Shown: positions 43,325 through 55,222, counted from the stretch's first letter. The stretch: 62,581 nt of DNA from Oryzomonas sp. (GCA_050013355.1 JBEKFJ010000007.1:1-62581), one strand, 5' to 3'. The notes: generated by a model not told the origin, from the letters alone. A program made the numbers and translations.

Positions 43325-43494
43325 ACAGGCTGTTGAAAAACCCAGGTTGTTCAAAAATAGTCAGATCGTCGCACCCACAGAATGCCCTGCGGAGGCGTAG
43401 CAGCGCTACGCCGCACAATTTCATTTGTGAAATTGGACCGCGAAGGCGCCCGAAGGGTGAGGCCGCAGGCCGAAGTCACAAAAGGGCTTTCGAG
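43325..43494. mobile_element. MITE remnant with IS-like left end carrying the 63-bp module (family B copy 2)
   Basis: Starts ACAGGCTGTTGAAAAAC; core GGAGGCGTAGC-AGC-GCTACGCCG followed by CACAA...CACAA module; right TIR not found. Confidence 0.7.
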
Positions 43495-43539
43495 TGATCA
43501 TCCCCATCAATACCGATATTCTGACTGATGACGCGCCTG

Positions 43540-44562
43540 TTAGCGGCCTTCCTGGATCTTGAGGATGGCGTCCCTGATCATGGCCTCGGCCAGGTCCGGC
43601 ACGATCTCCCACACGATTCGTTCGATCACCTCTCGCGATGCGCCCGTAATGGCGGCCCTGAGCTGTTCCTCGCTCAATGCTGCTGCAGGTTCTTCGACAA
43701 CAGGGATAGGGGCAATGAACGGTTCGCTGACAGGCATGTCATGGGGGGCCGCTTGAACCGGCTCGGCCCGTTGAGCGGATTCCGCGGGGGAGATATCGCC
43801 AAAGGCAGCCTCCCGCACGGGAAGCGAGGGCTCGGAGAAAGCGGGGGCCGACTCTTCGGCGAACTCGAAGGTTTGCTCCTCAACGGGGATCCATTGGGAA
43901 CCGGTGGACTCCGGCGCAGCCGGGGGCTGAACGGCCTCTTGCCCGGGCTCTTCACCGAAAGCGGCAAAGGCGTCACCCTGTTCGGAAAACGCTCCCCCGG
44001 CAACGGCGGCCTCTGCGGGTCCCGAGGCGGGGGTGAATGCCCCCCAGATGTCGTCCGGCCCGGCGCTGTCGATGGCGGCAGCCGTTGTCGGGGGAGCGGC
44101 GGGGTTATTCAGGGGCTCCGGCTCAGGAGGCGCATGAAACACGGGGGCTTCCCCGGCCGGTTGGATCAGCGTAGCGGCTGAGGCGCGGGAGATCCCAAGT
44201 TCAAAGAGCGCCTTGACCTTGGCAACGATCTGCTGGGATTCAAAGGGTTTGGCAAGGAAGTCGTCGGCTCCGCAACTCTTGGCTTTAGATTCGTCAAACG
44301 GTTCGAATGAGCCGGTCAAGAGCAGGACCGGTTTGGCAGCAAGGGAAGGGGTTGTGCGTACGGCCTCGCAGACCTCGTAGCCGCTCATGCCGGGCATGAC
44401 CGCATCGATAAGCAAAACGTCGGGCACGATCTCAAGCGCCTTGTCGAGTGCGTCCTTGCCATTGTCAACAACCGTGAGAGCATAGTCATCAGACCCGAAA
44501 ATGATGCCAATCACTTTCTGAATGGTAATGCTGTCATCGGCAAGGAGTATCTTGATGCTCAT
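43540..44562 (-). CDS. RomR-like response regulator (REC + Pro/Ala/Glu linker + conserved C-terminal helix)
   Basis: REC domain (LADDSITIQK, LIDAVMPG, AKPF); low-complexity linker; ASREVIERIVWEIVPDLAEAMIR resembles the Myxococcus RomR C-terminal region. Confidence 0.75.
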   Translation of the reverse strand: MSIKILLADDSITIQKVIGIIFGSDDYALTVVDNGKDALDKALEIVPDVLLIDAVMPGMSGYEVCEAVRTTPSLAAKPVLLLTGSFEPFDESKAKSCGADDFLAKPFESQQIVAKVKALFELGISRASAATLIQPAGEAPVFHAPPEPEPLNNPAAPPTTAAAIDSAGPDDIWGAFTPASGPAEAAVAGGAFSEQGDAFAAFGEEPGQEAVQPPAAPESTGSQWIPVEEQTFEFAEESAPAFSEPSLPVREAAFGDISPAESAQRAEPVQAAPHDMPVSEPFIAPIPVVEEPAAALSEEQLRAAITGASREVIERIVWEIVPDLAEAMIRDAILKIQEGR

Positions 44563-44604
44563 CGTTCCCTCCCTTGTATGCGTAGATGAGTGGAAGTGCG
44601 AAGA

Positions 44605-44633
44605 AAGCTACCATACGGCTGCTAACGTGTCAA
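44605..44633 (-). promoter_or_regulatory. sigma70 promoter for the romR-like gene
   Basis: Minus-strand TTGACA-N17-TAGCTT with extended -10 TG. Confidence 0.7.
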
Positions 44634-44739
44634 GGTTTAAGCAGTTCAATGACTTCGGAGCGATTCAACAGAACGAGCGGACCGTCCGCACCCCGAGGTT
44701 TTTTGATTTTTCAGAATATGAACGAGGTTTTGGGTGCCG

Positions 44740-45921
44740 TCAGGAACGGTAGTCGGCATTGATGCTGACATACTCGTGGGACAGGTCCGAGGTGTAGACC
44801 GTTGCGCTGCCGTCGCCCAGGCCGAGGCCGACGCTGACGGTGAATTCCTTTTTCCTGAGTACCTCGGTGCCGCGCCCTTCGGCGTCGCCACCGGCAAAGA
44901 CACCGTTCTTTGCCATGCAGACGGCGTCAAAGCTGAGGGAGAGGAGCGTCTGGTCCACCTCTGCCCCTGACGAGCCCACTGCGGCAAAGATGCGGCCCCA
45001 GTTGGCGTCCTGACCGAAAAAAGCGGTCTTTACCAGGCTGGAATTGGCGATAGCCAACGCCGCCCGCCTGGCGTCGGCATTGCTCCTGGCCCCGGCGACC
45101 CGGATCTCCACGAATTTAGTGGCGCCTTCGCCATCCTTGACGATCTGTTTGGCCAATGAGAGCAGCACCTCCTGCAACAGGGCCTCGAACGCAACTGCCT
45201 CCGGCGTTCCCGCCGCAATGGCCGGATTTCCCGCCATGCCGTTGGCCAGCACCAGGCAGGTATCGTTCGTGGACATGTCGCCGTCCACGGTAATGGCATT
45301 GAAGGATGTTTCCACCGCACGGCGGAAACATCCGTCCAGGACAGGCGCTTCCACGGCAGCGTCGGTGATGATGAAGGAGAGCATGGTCGCCATGTTGGGC
45401 ATGATCATGCCGGCCCCCTTGGCAATGCCGGCCACGGTGTATGTGACACCGCCCGCCCGGCCGCTCCTTGCCTCCATCTTGGGAAAGGTGTCGGTGGTCA
45501 TGATGGCCTCGGCCACGTCATCGAGCGTGCCGGAGGCCAGCCCGTCCACCAGCGCCGGGATCGCCGCCCGCACCCTGTCCACGGGGAGTTGCACGCCGAT
45601 GACGCCGGTGGAGGATACCTGCACCGCCTCGTCGGGGATGCCCAGCCCTTCGGCCACGTGGCGCGAAGTCTCCCGCGCCGCCCGCATCCCCTGCTCACCG
45701 GTACAGGCGTTGGCGTTGCCGCTGTTGACCACCAGGGCCTGCGCCCGGCCGCTTTTGATACGCTCCGCGGAGAGCAGTACCGGCGCCGCTTTGACGGCAT
45801 TGGTGGTGAAGACCGCAGCAGCCGTGGCCGGCGCCTCGGAAAAGATCAGGGCCAGGTCTTTTCTGCCCTGTTTTTTTATGGCCGCTTCCACGGCCGCGAA
45901 TTGAAACCCTTTTATGTCCAT
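44740..45921 (-). CDS. argJ: bifunctional ornithine acetyltransferase/N-acetylglutamate synthase
   Basis: NSGNANACTG, IMTTDT, AKGAGMIMPNMATML, DGEGATK, DANWGRI. Confidence 0.98.
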   Translation of the reverse strand: MDIKGFQFAAVEAAIKKQGRKDLALIFSEAPATAAAVFTTNAVKAAPVLLSAERIKSGRAQALVVNSGNANACTGEQGMRAARETSRHVAEGLGIPDEAVQVSSTGVIGVQLPVDRVRAAIPALVDGLASGTLDDVAEAIMTTDTFPKMEARSGRAGGVTYTVAGIAKGAGMIMPNMATMLSFIITDAAVEAPVLDGCFRRAVETSFNAITVDGDMSTNDTCLVLANGMAGNPAIAAGTPEAVAFEALLQEVLLSLAKQIVKDGEGATKFVEIRVAGARSNADARRAALAIANSSLVKTAFFGQDANWGRIFAAVGSSGAEVDQTLLSLSFDAVCMAKNGVFAGGDAEGRGTEVLRKKEFTVSVGLGLGDGSATVYTSDLSHEYVSINADYRS

Positions 45922-46069
45922 GGCACAACCTCGAAAAGTGTGTACGCAGAAGAACCGGGACCGGTCTTACGACAAAGTATAACGCAGCCGCACGGCGGCA
46001 CTCAATCGAAATGATCCGATTTCGTGATTGACGGCCTTTGCGAACTCCATGCCTGCCGCGGTACTGTTG

Positions 46070-48760
<2,691 letters not shown>

Positions 48761-49115
48761 TACAATCTCCCACGAAATTTAGTAACAATGGAACAGCTCA
48801 CAAAACTAGCATAAGTCGTCATGGCACTTCAATAAAAATCAAGGCTGGCCCGCTCCGGGCGGCCCTGGGCGCGGCCTGGGATTTTCGGAAGGTCTTTGTT
48901 GCCGTGTGGGTGGCGCCCGGCAGGCGGGAGGACTTTGAGGTGTAATACGCCTTAGAGCAATGGCGTTTAAAAATAACAAAAATAATATTGAATAAAACGG
49001 CGGTTATGGTAAGATTTTTATCAGGTCAACGTGTTGAATATTGTAGAGCATTTGTTTTTAACATTCAGTAATCACATGCTAAATTTTATTTGCAGGGATT
49101 TTGGAGAAAAAGGCA

Positions 49116-49169
49116 TTGACATTTTTAGAACATTGTATTAAATGATAAAAAATCTTTGTGAATCATTTT
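49116..49169 (+). promoter_or_regulatory. putative promoter and operator upstream of the IclR gene
   Basis: TTGACA at 49116 in an AT-rich region; AAATGAT...ATCATTT inverted repeat overlapping the -10/+1 region. Confidence 0.4.
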
Positions 49170-49214
49170 TTTAAAACAGCTGGTTATCGTGCTTGTGGAA
49201 TACGCGGGGATGCT

Positions 49215-49988
49215 ATGGACAGGGCAAGGGGGACATACTCGGTTCAGTCCGTTCTCAAGGCGTTTGATCTTTTGGAGGCTTTGGCCGCCGAAGGGGCGAA
49301 CGTAACCATCCCCCTGCTGGCTCAAAGGCTCGATTTGAGCAGAAACAAGGTGTTTCGGTTGCTCGCGACGCTTGAAGACAGCGGGTTCATTGAGCGGGAA
49401 GGTACCGGCGTCTACCGGCTCGGATTGCATGCCTTCGAGATGGCGCAACATATCTTGAAGAGCGCAAGTCTCCTCAGGTTGGCCCACCCGGTGATGGAGG
49501 AATTGGCCCGCAAGCACGATGAAGCGGTCTACATCACCGTGATGAACAACGATGAAGTTCTTTTCCTCGATATGGTGGATTCATTCCAGCAGATAAAGGC
49601 CATCGATATGGTGGGGCAGCGATTCCCCTTCTTTACCAACGCAGCCGGCAAGGCCATCAAGGCCATGAGCTCGCCTGACATTATCAAGCATATGGGCAGG
49701 CAGCGCGCCGGTAAAAACGGGTTGCCCGATCTGAAGCAGCTTGAGAAAGAGCTGCAAGAAATACGCAAAAACGGTGTGGCCATCGATATCGGAGGGGTGG
49801 GAGAAGGCATATGCGCCGTGGCGGTAGCTATCCGCGACTATGCCGGCAAGGTCGTTGGGGCGCTTACCATGCTGGCCCCCTCGTTCCGCATGCTTCAGGA
49901 ACGTCTGGAAGAAGAAATTATACCATCAATGCGTGAAGGCGCAGAGATACTTTCGATGAAATTCGGATATGTCAAGATGCCGGCTTGA
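49215..49988 (+). CDS. IclR-family transcriptional regulator
   Basis: VQSVLKAFDLLE, HTH (SRNKVFRLLATL..GFI...YRLG), TNAAGKA, AVAVAIRD. Confidence 0.95.
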   Translation: MDRARGTYSVQSVLKAFDLLEALAAEGANVTIPLLAQRLDLSRNKVFRLLATLEDSGFIEREGTGVYRLGLHAFEMAQHILKSASLLRLAHPVMEELARKHDEAVYITVMNNDEVLFLDMVDSFQQIKAIDMVGQRFPFFTNAAGKAIKAMSSPDIIKHMGRQRAGKNGLPDLKQLEKELQEIRKNGVAIDIGGVGEGICAVAVAIRDYAGKVVGALTMLAPSFRMLQERLEEEIIPSMREGAEILSMKFGYVKMPA

Positions 49989-50086
49989 TAGATGCGATCC
50001 ATGAAATTGAAAGGGGGGGTATGAGCACTGGTAGCGGTGAAGGAACGATTGAGCCGATTACATTGATAAAGAGAAAGGAGCAACCC

Positions 50087-50395
50087 ATGGCAGAGAAACA
50101 GTATGACTGGTCGGCAATTGCAAAGAACCCCAAGTTTATCGAACTGCATCACAAAAAATCCGCTTTCCTCTTCGGGTGGTGGATATTCTCCTGCGTGTAC
50201 TATTTCCTGCTTCCCATCGGGGCGGCATATGCGCCGGGCCTGTTCAGGATCAAAATCATTGGAGTCATCAACTTCGGTTATCTCTTTGCGCTTTCCCAAT
50301 TCTTTGTTTCCTGGGGATTGGCCCTGTACTACGCCCACGTTGCCAACAAGGACTTTGACCGGCTGACCAGGGAACTGGTCGAAGAAATCCAGTAA
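50087..50395 (+). CDS. DUF485 (YjcH-like) membrane protein
   Basis: NPKFIEL; two TM segments; Y..VANKDFD; directly upstream of an SSS permease. Confidence 0.9.
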   Translation: MAEKQYDWSAIAKNPKFIELHHKKSAFLFGWWIFSCVYYFLLPIGAAYAPGLFRIKIIGVINFGYLFALSQFFVSWGLALYYAHVANKDFDRLTRELVEEIQ

Positions 50396-50408
50396 AGGAG
50401 GATACGAC

Positions 50409-52403
50409 ATGACTATCAAAAATATCATCATTGCCGCCGGTCTGGCACTTTCCGTCGCAGCAGCCGCCTTTGCTGAAGAGCCCTCCAAGGCCCCGGCCGG
50501 CCCGAACGCCGCTCCCGCGGCAACAGCCCCGGCCGCCGGCGGCGCACCCATGGTCGCCGCACCGGCAGCCCGGGATCAGGCCCCGGCCCCGGCCCCGGCC
50601 GCTGCTCCGGTCAAGAAGAGGGAACTCAAGGCAGACAAGACCATCACCCTCACCATGTTTGCCGTCATCATCGGCATCACCCTGTGCGTTGTTGTCTGGG
50701 CTGCCAAGCACACCAAGACCGCGGCCGACTTCTACGCCGCCGGCGGCGGCATCACCGGCACCCAGAACGGCTGGGCCATTGCCGGCGACTACATGTCGGC
50801 GGCCTCCTTCCTGGGGATCTCCGGCCTGATCTCGCTCTACGGCTATGACGGGTTCATGTACTCGGTCGGCTGGCTGGTGGCCTACATCACCGTGCTCCTG
50901 ATCGTGGCCGAGCCCTGTCGCAACGCCGGCAAGTATACCCTGGGAGACATCCTCTCCTTCCGCACCGAGCCCAAGCCGGTCCGCGCCCTGGCCGCCATCT
51001 CGACCGTGGCCGTCTCCACCTTCTACCTGACCGCCCAAATGGTCGGCGCCGGCAAACTGATGGCGCTCCTGGTCGGCGTCCCCTACAAGACCGCCATCAT
51101 CGGCGTCGGTATCCTGATGGTCGGCTATGTCGTGTTCGGCGGCATGACCGCCACCACGTGGGTCCAGATCATCAAGGCCGGCCTGCTCATGTCCGGTGCG
51201 GCCCTGCTGTCGGTGCTGGTCATGGCCAAGGCCGGCTTCAATCCGGTCGGCTTCTTCTCCGACATCGTCAATAGCCCCGACATCCAGGACCACGTCTCCA
51301 AGCTGGTGCTGAAGGATGGCGTCACCCTGACTGGAACGGATGCCGGCCAGCGCTTCCTTGAACCGGGCCTGTTCCTCAAGAACCCTCTGGACCAGATTTC
51401 CCTCGGTATGGCCCTGGTGCTCGGCACCGCCGGCATGCCTCACATCCTGATGCGCTTCTTTACCGTGCCCACCGCCCAGGCCGCCCGTAAATCGGTCATC
51501 ATCGCCATGTTCATCATCGGCGCATTCTACGTCCTGACCACCTTGCTCGGTTTCGGCGCAGCCATCCACGTGACCCCCCAGGGGATCACGCAGGTTGACC
51601 CGGGCGGCAACATGGCCACCCTGCTGCTGGCCCAGCAGATGGGTACAGACATCGCCCCGATTGTCGGCGACCTGTTCCTGGCCTTCCTCTGCTCGGTCGC
51701 CTTCGCCACCATCCTGGCGGTCGTCTCGGGCCTGGTTCTGGCAGCCTCGGCAGCCATTGCCCATGACATCTACGTCAACGTGATCAAGGACGGCCATGCC
51801 GACCAGCACGAGCAGGTCATGGCCGCCCGCATCACCTCGCTGGTCGTCGGCGCAGCCGGCATCTTGATCGGCATCATGGCGGAAAAGGCCAACGTCGCCC
51901 ACCTGGTGGCCCTGGCCTTTGCCGTGGCAGCCTCCGGCAACCTGCCGGTCGTCATCCTGTCGCTGTTCTGGAGGAAGTTCAACACCGGCGGCGTCATCGC
52001 CGGCCTGGTGGTCGGCACCATCGCCTCCATCGGCCTGGTGATGGTCTCCCCCAACATGACCTATCCAAAGGTGGTGGCTGCCGGGGCGCAGAAGGTCATC
52101 ACCGCCATGGAGAAGAAGCAGGCAGACCTGCCATCGGGTGCCCAGCTTGCGGAGAAGGACGCCAAGGCCCTTGCCAAGGCCAGGGTCGACTATGACAAGA
52201 ACAAGGACGGCACGTCCATCATGGGACTCGACAAGCCGCTCTTCGGTCTCAAGAACCCTGGCATCGTATCCATCCCACTCGGCTTCATCGCTGCACTTCT
52301 GGGCGCCCTGGCGTTCCCCAGCAAGCGTTCCGAGGAGATGTTCGACGAGATCTACGTTCGCCAGAACACCGGTATCGGCATGGCCAAGGCCATCGATCAC
52401 TGA
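50409..52403 (+). CDS. actP: sodium:solute symporter, ActP-type (probable acetate permease)
   Basis: FYAAGGGITG.QNG.AIAGDYMSAASFLG, GTAGMPHILMRFFTVP, AFATILAVVSGL; DUF485 partner gene. Confidence 0.88.
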   Translation: MTIKNIIIAAGLALSVAAAAFAEEPSKAPAGPNAAPAATAPAAGGAPMVAAPAARDQAPAPAPAAAPVKKRELKADKTITLTMFAVIIGITLCVVVWAAKHTKTAADFYAAGGGITGTQNGWAIAGDYMSAASFLGISGLISLYGYDGFMYSVGWLVAYITVLLIVAEPCRNAGKYTLGDILSFRTEPKPVRALAAISTVAVSTFYLTAQMVGAGKLMALLVGVPYKTAIIGVGILMVGYVVFGGMTATTWVQIIKAGLLMSGAALLSVLVMAKAGFNPVGFFSDIVNSPDIQDHVSKLVLKDGVTLTGTDAGQRFLEPGLFLKNPLDQISLGMALVLGTAGMPHILMRFFTVPTAQAARKSVIIAMFIIGAFYVLTTLLGFGAAIHVTPQGITQVDPGGNMATLLLAQQMGTDIAPIVGDLFLAFLCSVAFATILAVVSGLVLAASAAIAHDIYVNVIKDGHADQHEQVMAARITSLVVGAAGILIGIMAEKANVAHLVALAFAVAASGNLPVVILSLFWRKFNTGGVIAGLVVGTIASIGLVMVSPNMTYPKVVAAGAQKVITAMEKKQADLPSGAQLAEKDAKALAKARVDYDKNKDGTSIMGLDKPLFGLKNPGIVSIPLGFIAALLGALAFPSKRSEEMFDEIYVRQNTGIGMAKAIDH

Positions 52404-52435
52404 TTGTTTATCAATTGACAGCATGAGTGTATAGT

Positions 52436-52463
52436 GGGGAAAGCTTCGGCTTTCCCCTTTTTT
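52436..52463 (+). terminator. intrinsic terminator after actP
   Basis: GGGGAAAGC-TTCG-GCTTTCCCC-TTTTTT. Confidence 0.92.
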
Positions 52464-52520
52464 AACCGCTGGTGTCCTGTCCGGTTAATTTGCCGCAACA
52501 GGACACACTAGGGACTCACC

Positions 52521-53786
52521 ATGATGCGACAATCAAAGCATATGCCGGAAACCGGGGAAGGGGGTGCTTCCAGCCGGCAACCCGCCGCCGGCCCCAATCC
52601 CGATATTCTGGGGCAGTTGCCCGATCTGCATCGTATGAGCCGCTATTGTTCGGCTGACGACGTCAGCCGTTTCCTGCGGAACATCTCGAAGGTACTGAAC
52701 AGAGACCGGCAACGCATGACGGAGTGGCGCATCGAATGCGACCGGCTCATAAATGGCATAGCCGATAGCGGGCACCATGAGTTGAAGATGATCCACGAAG
52801 CCCTGAACCTGATCGAAATCGAGCGTTTTCTCCTGACCTTTTCCGTAGTGTCCCTGCTTCACAACTGCACCCGGTTTCGGGATGAACTGGCCAAGCGTGT
52901 CATGGCGGTGGTGGCGGATGAGCTTGACAGCAGGGGATGTCCATTGCCCGATATTCCGTTTGCGTTGATCAGCATGGGCAGTGACGGGCGCGAGGAGCAG
53001 ACCCTGATTACCGACCAGGATTACCTGATCGTTTACGGCGACGAGGGCGGTGAGGGGGCCGACAATTATTTCCTTGAATACTCCACGCTGCTGGTGGACC
53101 GAATGGAAGAGGCCGGTTTCAAGCGCTGCACCGGCGGCATCATGCCTACCAATCCAACCTGGCGCGGTTCTCTGTCGCAATGGCGCAGGCGCCTCATGGC
53201 CATTGTCAGGTATGAGGTGGATGATTACGGCAAAAACATGATGGATTTGATCGTCCTCTCCGATGCACGATACGTGGCCGGAGACCGCTCCATAGCCGAA
53301 AATCTCATCGGGTTGATCAGGGGCATGGAACGGGATCACTTTCAGGTGTTGTGGGGGATGGCCAGAGCGGCCACGGAAATGAGGCTGGCATTGGGATTCA
53401 TGAAACGTCTCTGGACCGAAGGCACCGGAGAGCACAAGGGGGAGTTCAACCTGAAACTGCTGGCCTGGGCGCCGTTGGTGATGAATATACGCATCCTTGC
53501 CATCAACCAGGGGGTGCCGGCGACAAATACCGTGGAACGCATTGTTCTTCTTGAGAAGGAAGGGAGCTTTGCAGCGGAGATGGCGCGGGACTTACGTGAG
53601 GCTTACTACATTCTCACCAAATACCGCATCCTCATGCAGATCAATGTGCTCAAAGGCATCCAGAGCGATTCCCACTATCTCAATCCTTATGGGCTGCCTG
53701 CCGAAGAGCATGAAAGGATTCGACATGCGATTATGAGGATTGAGGAGTTGCAAAAAATCATTCACACAAATTTTTCGATTGTCTGA
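52521..53786 (+). CDS. DUF294-family (GlnD/GlnE-like) putative nucleotidyltransferase
   Basis: SMGSDGREEQTLITDQDY (GS...DxD), CTGGIMPTNPTWR, FNLK, TNTVERI; start uncertain. Confidence 0.85.
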   Translation: MMRQSKHMPETGEGGASSRQPAAGPNPDILGQLPDLHRMSRYCSADDVSRFLRNISKVLNRDRQRMTEWRIECDRLINGIADSGHHELKMIHEALNLIEIERFLLTFSVVSLLHNCTRFRDELAKRVMAVVADELDSRGCPLPDIPFALISMGSDGREEQTLITDQDYLIVYGDEGGEGADNYFLEYSTLLVDRMEEAGFKRCTGGIMPTNPTWRGSLSQWRRRLMAIVRYEVDDYGKNMMDLIVLSDARYVAGDRSIAENLIGLIRGMERDHFQVLWGMARAATEMRLALGFMKRLWTEGTGEHKGEFNLKLLAWAPLVMNIRILAINQGVPATNTVERIVLLEKEGSFAAEMARDLREAYYILTKYRILMQINVLKGIQSDSHYLNPYGLPAEEHERIRHAIMRIEELQKIIHTNFSIV

Positions 53787-53850
53787 TTCCACACCATTTC
53801 CGTGATGCGCCGGTTGGAGAAACAACGGAGTCGGGTTGCCGGAATTACAT

Positions 53851-53878
53851 AAGGGAGTGTCATGTGACACTCCCTTTT
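53851..53878. terminator. probable bidirectional terminator between convergent genes
   Basis: AAGGGAGTGTCA-TG-TGACACTCCCTT perfect inverted repeat. Confidence 0.75.
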
Positions 53879-53901
53879 AGTGGTGCTCTAAGCTGCCGGA
53901 A

Positions 53902-54750
53902 TCATTCAGCGCGTTTTTTAACGGCTGGTTTCTTTGCCTTCACCGCCTTTGCCGGGGCGGCTGCGTTGGTCCAGTTATTCAGGTCATGTGCAATGTTGTG
54001 GCATTCCTGGCATTTTGGGAATTTGGCCAGTAAACCGGCCGGATGCGGGGTGCCGTGGCAATCCTGGCATTTGGGCAGCATCTTGTGTTTGTTCTGGTGG
54101 CAGGTTACGCAAAGAAGCTTGCCGTGTTTGGTTTTGCTGGCCGACAGGAGCGACATGGCGTTCTTGTGGCAGGCAGCACAGTTCTTGCTGGGCAGGGTTG
54201 AGCCATAGGTAACTACCGTGGGCATATGGGCCTTATGACAGTTTTTGCAGTCGGCAGCGGTCATGTCGCTGGAGTGGGGCTTGTGACACTGCGTACACTG
54301 GGGAATCTTGCCATGCACATCATGGCAGAATGAACAGTTCAGCGCGGTATGCTTGCTTTTGTTCTCCCTGAGCTGCTTGATCTGGGCGCTGTGGCAGGAG
54401 AGACAGGGCTCGGTTACGTTGCGGCCGAAGGAGATATCCTTGGGTCTATGCGGGTTTTTGTGGCAGGAGAGGCATCCTGCAAGCTTGTAGTGCGGCTTTT
54501 CGGAGTGGCACATGCTGCATTTCGGGATCGGATTTTTTACGGCTGGAGGATGCCCGATGTGGCAATCCACGCAGGTTACACTTGTTTTGTGTGCTCCGCC
54601 TGCCGCTGCAATGTCTGCGGGGGGTTTGGCGTGGCATTTGACGCAGTCGAGATTGGCTAGCCCTGTGGAGGGTGATTCGGCTGCCCAGACGCCGCCGGCG
54701 AGGCTGACGGCCAGGGAGAGTGCTGCAAAAAGTCGAGCTACGGTTTTCAT
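53902..54750 (-). CDS. periplasmic dodecaheme cytochrome c
   Basis: ATG 54750 after AAGGAGG; Sec signal peptide; 12 CxxCH motifs in 282 aa. Confidence 0.95.
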   Translation of the reverse strand: MKTVARLFAALSLAVSLAGGVWAAESPSTGLANLDCVKCHAKPPADIAAAGGAHKTSVTCVDCHIGHPPAVKNPIPKCSMCHSEKPHYKLAGCLSCHKNPHRPKDISFGRNVTEPCLSCHSAQIKQLRENKSKHTALNCSFCHDVHGKIPQCTQCHKPHSSDMTAADCKNCHKAHMPTVVTYGSTLPSKNCAACHKNAMSLLSASKTKHGKLLCVTCHQNKHKMLPKCQDCHGTPHPAGLLAKFPKCQECHNIAHDLNNWTNAAAPAKAVKAKKPAVKKRAE

Positions 54751-54991
54751 TTTTCCTCCTTCATCAGATATTCGAATAAAAATGGTGCTGATTATAGGCA
54801 AAATCAGGCGAGGTTTGCAATAGGGATTTCGTTTGGATTCCACATTTGCCGGTCTTGGCACCAAGGCGGCTGCTCTCGTGTTATGGTATATTATGCTATT
54901 AATTTGCAATTTATGTGTTAATTATATAAAAAATAGTTGACAGTTCCTGAAATTGTTGTAAATAAGTGGTCATACGAAAATTTGAGGCGAT

Positions 54992-55204
54992 ATGGAACTT
55001 CTTATGAAATGTTTAAACAAGGTAAAAGGCATCCGCGAGTCAAAGCTCATGAGCAAGTCGGAACTTGCCCGCAAAGCAGGCGTGTCAGCGCTCACCATAG
55101 ACAGGATCGAGCGTGGGGAGAGTTGCCGGCTTGAAACCAAACGAAAAATCATCCTTGCGTTGGGCTACTCGCTTGACGACAAAAACAAGGTCTTTCAGGA
55201 TTGA
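54992..55204 (+). CDS. XRE-family HTH protein upstream of pilM
   Basis: IRESKLMSKSELARKAGVSALTIDRIERG. Confidence 0.85.
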   Translation: MELLMKCLNKVKGIRESKLMSKSELARKAGVSALTIDRIERGESCRLETKRKIILALGYSLDDKNKVFQD

Positions 55205-55222
55205 CGACGACGGGAACCTGAC

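Noticed and set aside
48845-48930. GC-rich patch upstream of secA
   Set aside because: Only short, ambiguous stems; no second copy or known riboswitch motif recognised
50268-52424. 718-aa antisense ORF opposite actP
   Set aside because: Mirror frame of a strongly biased membrane-protein gene; no recognisable domain
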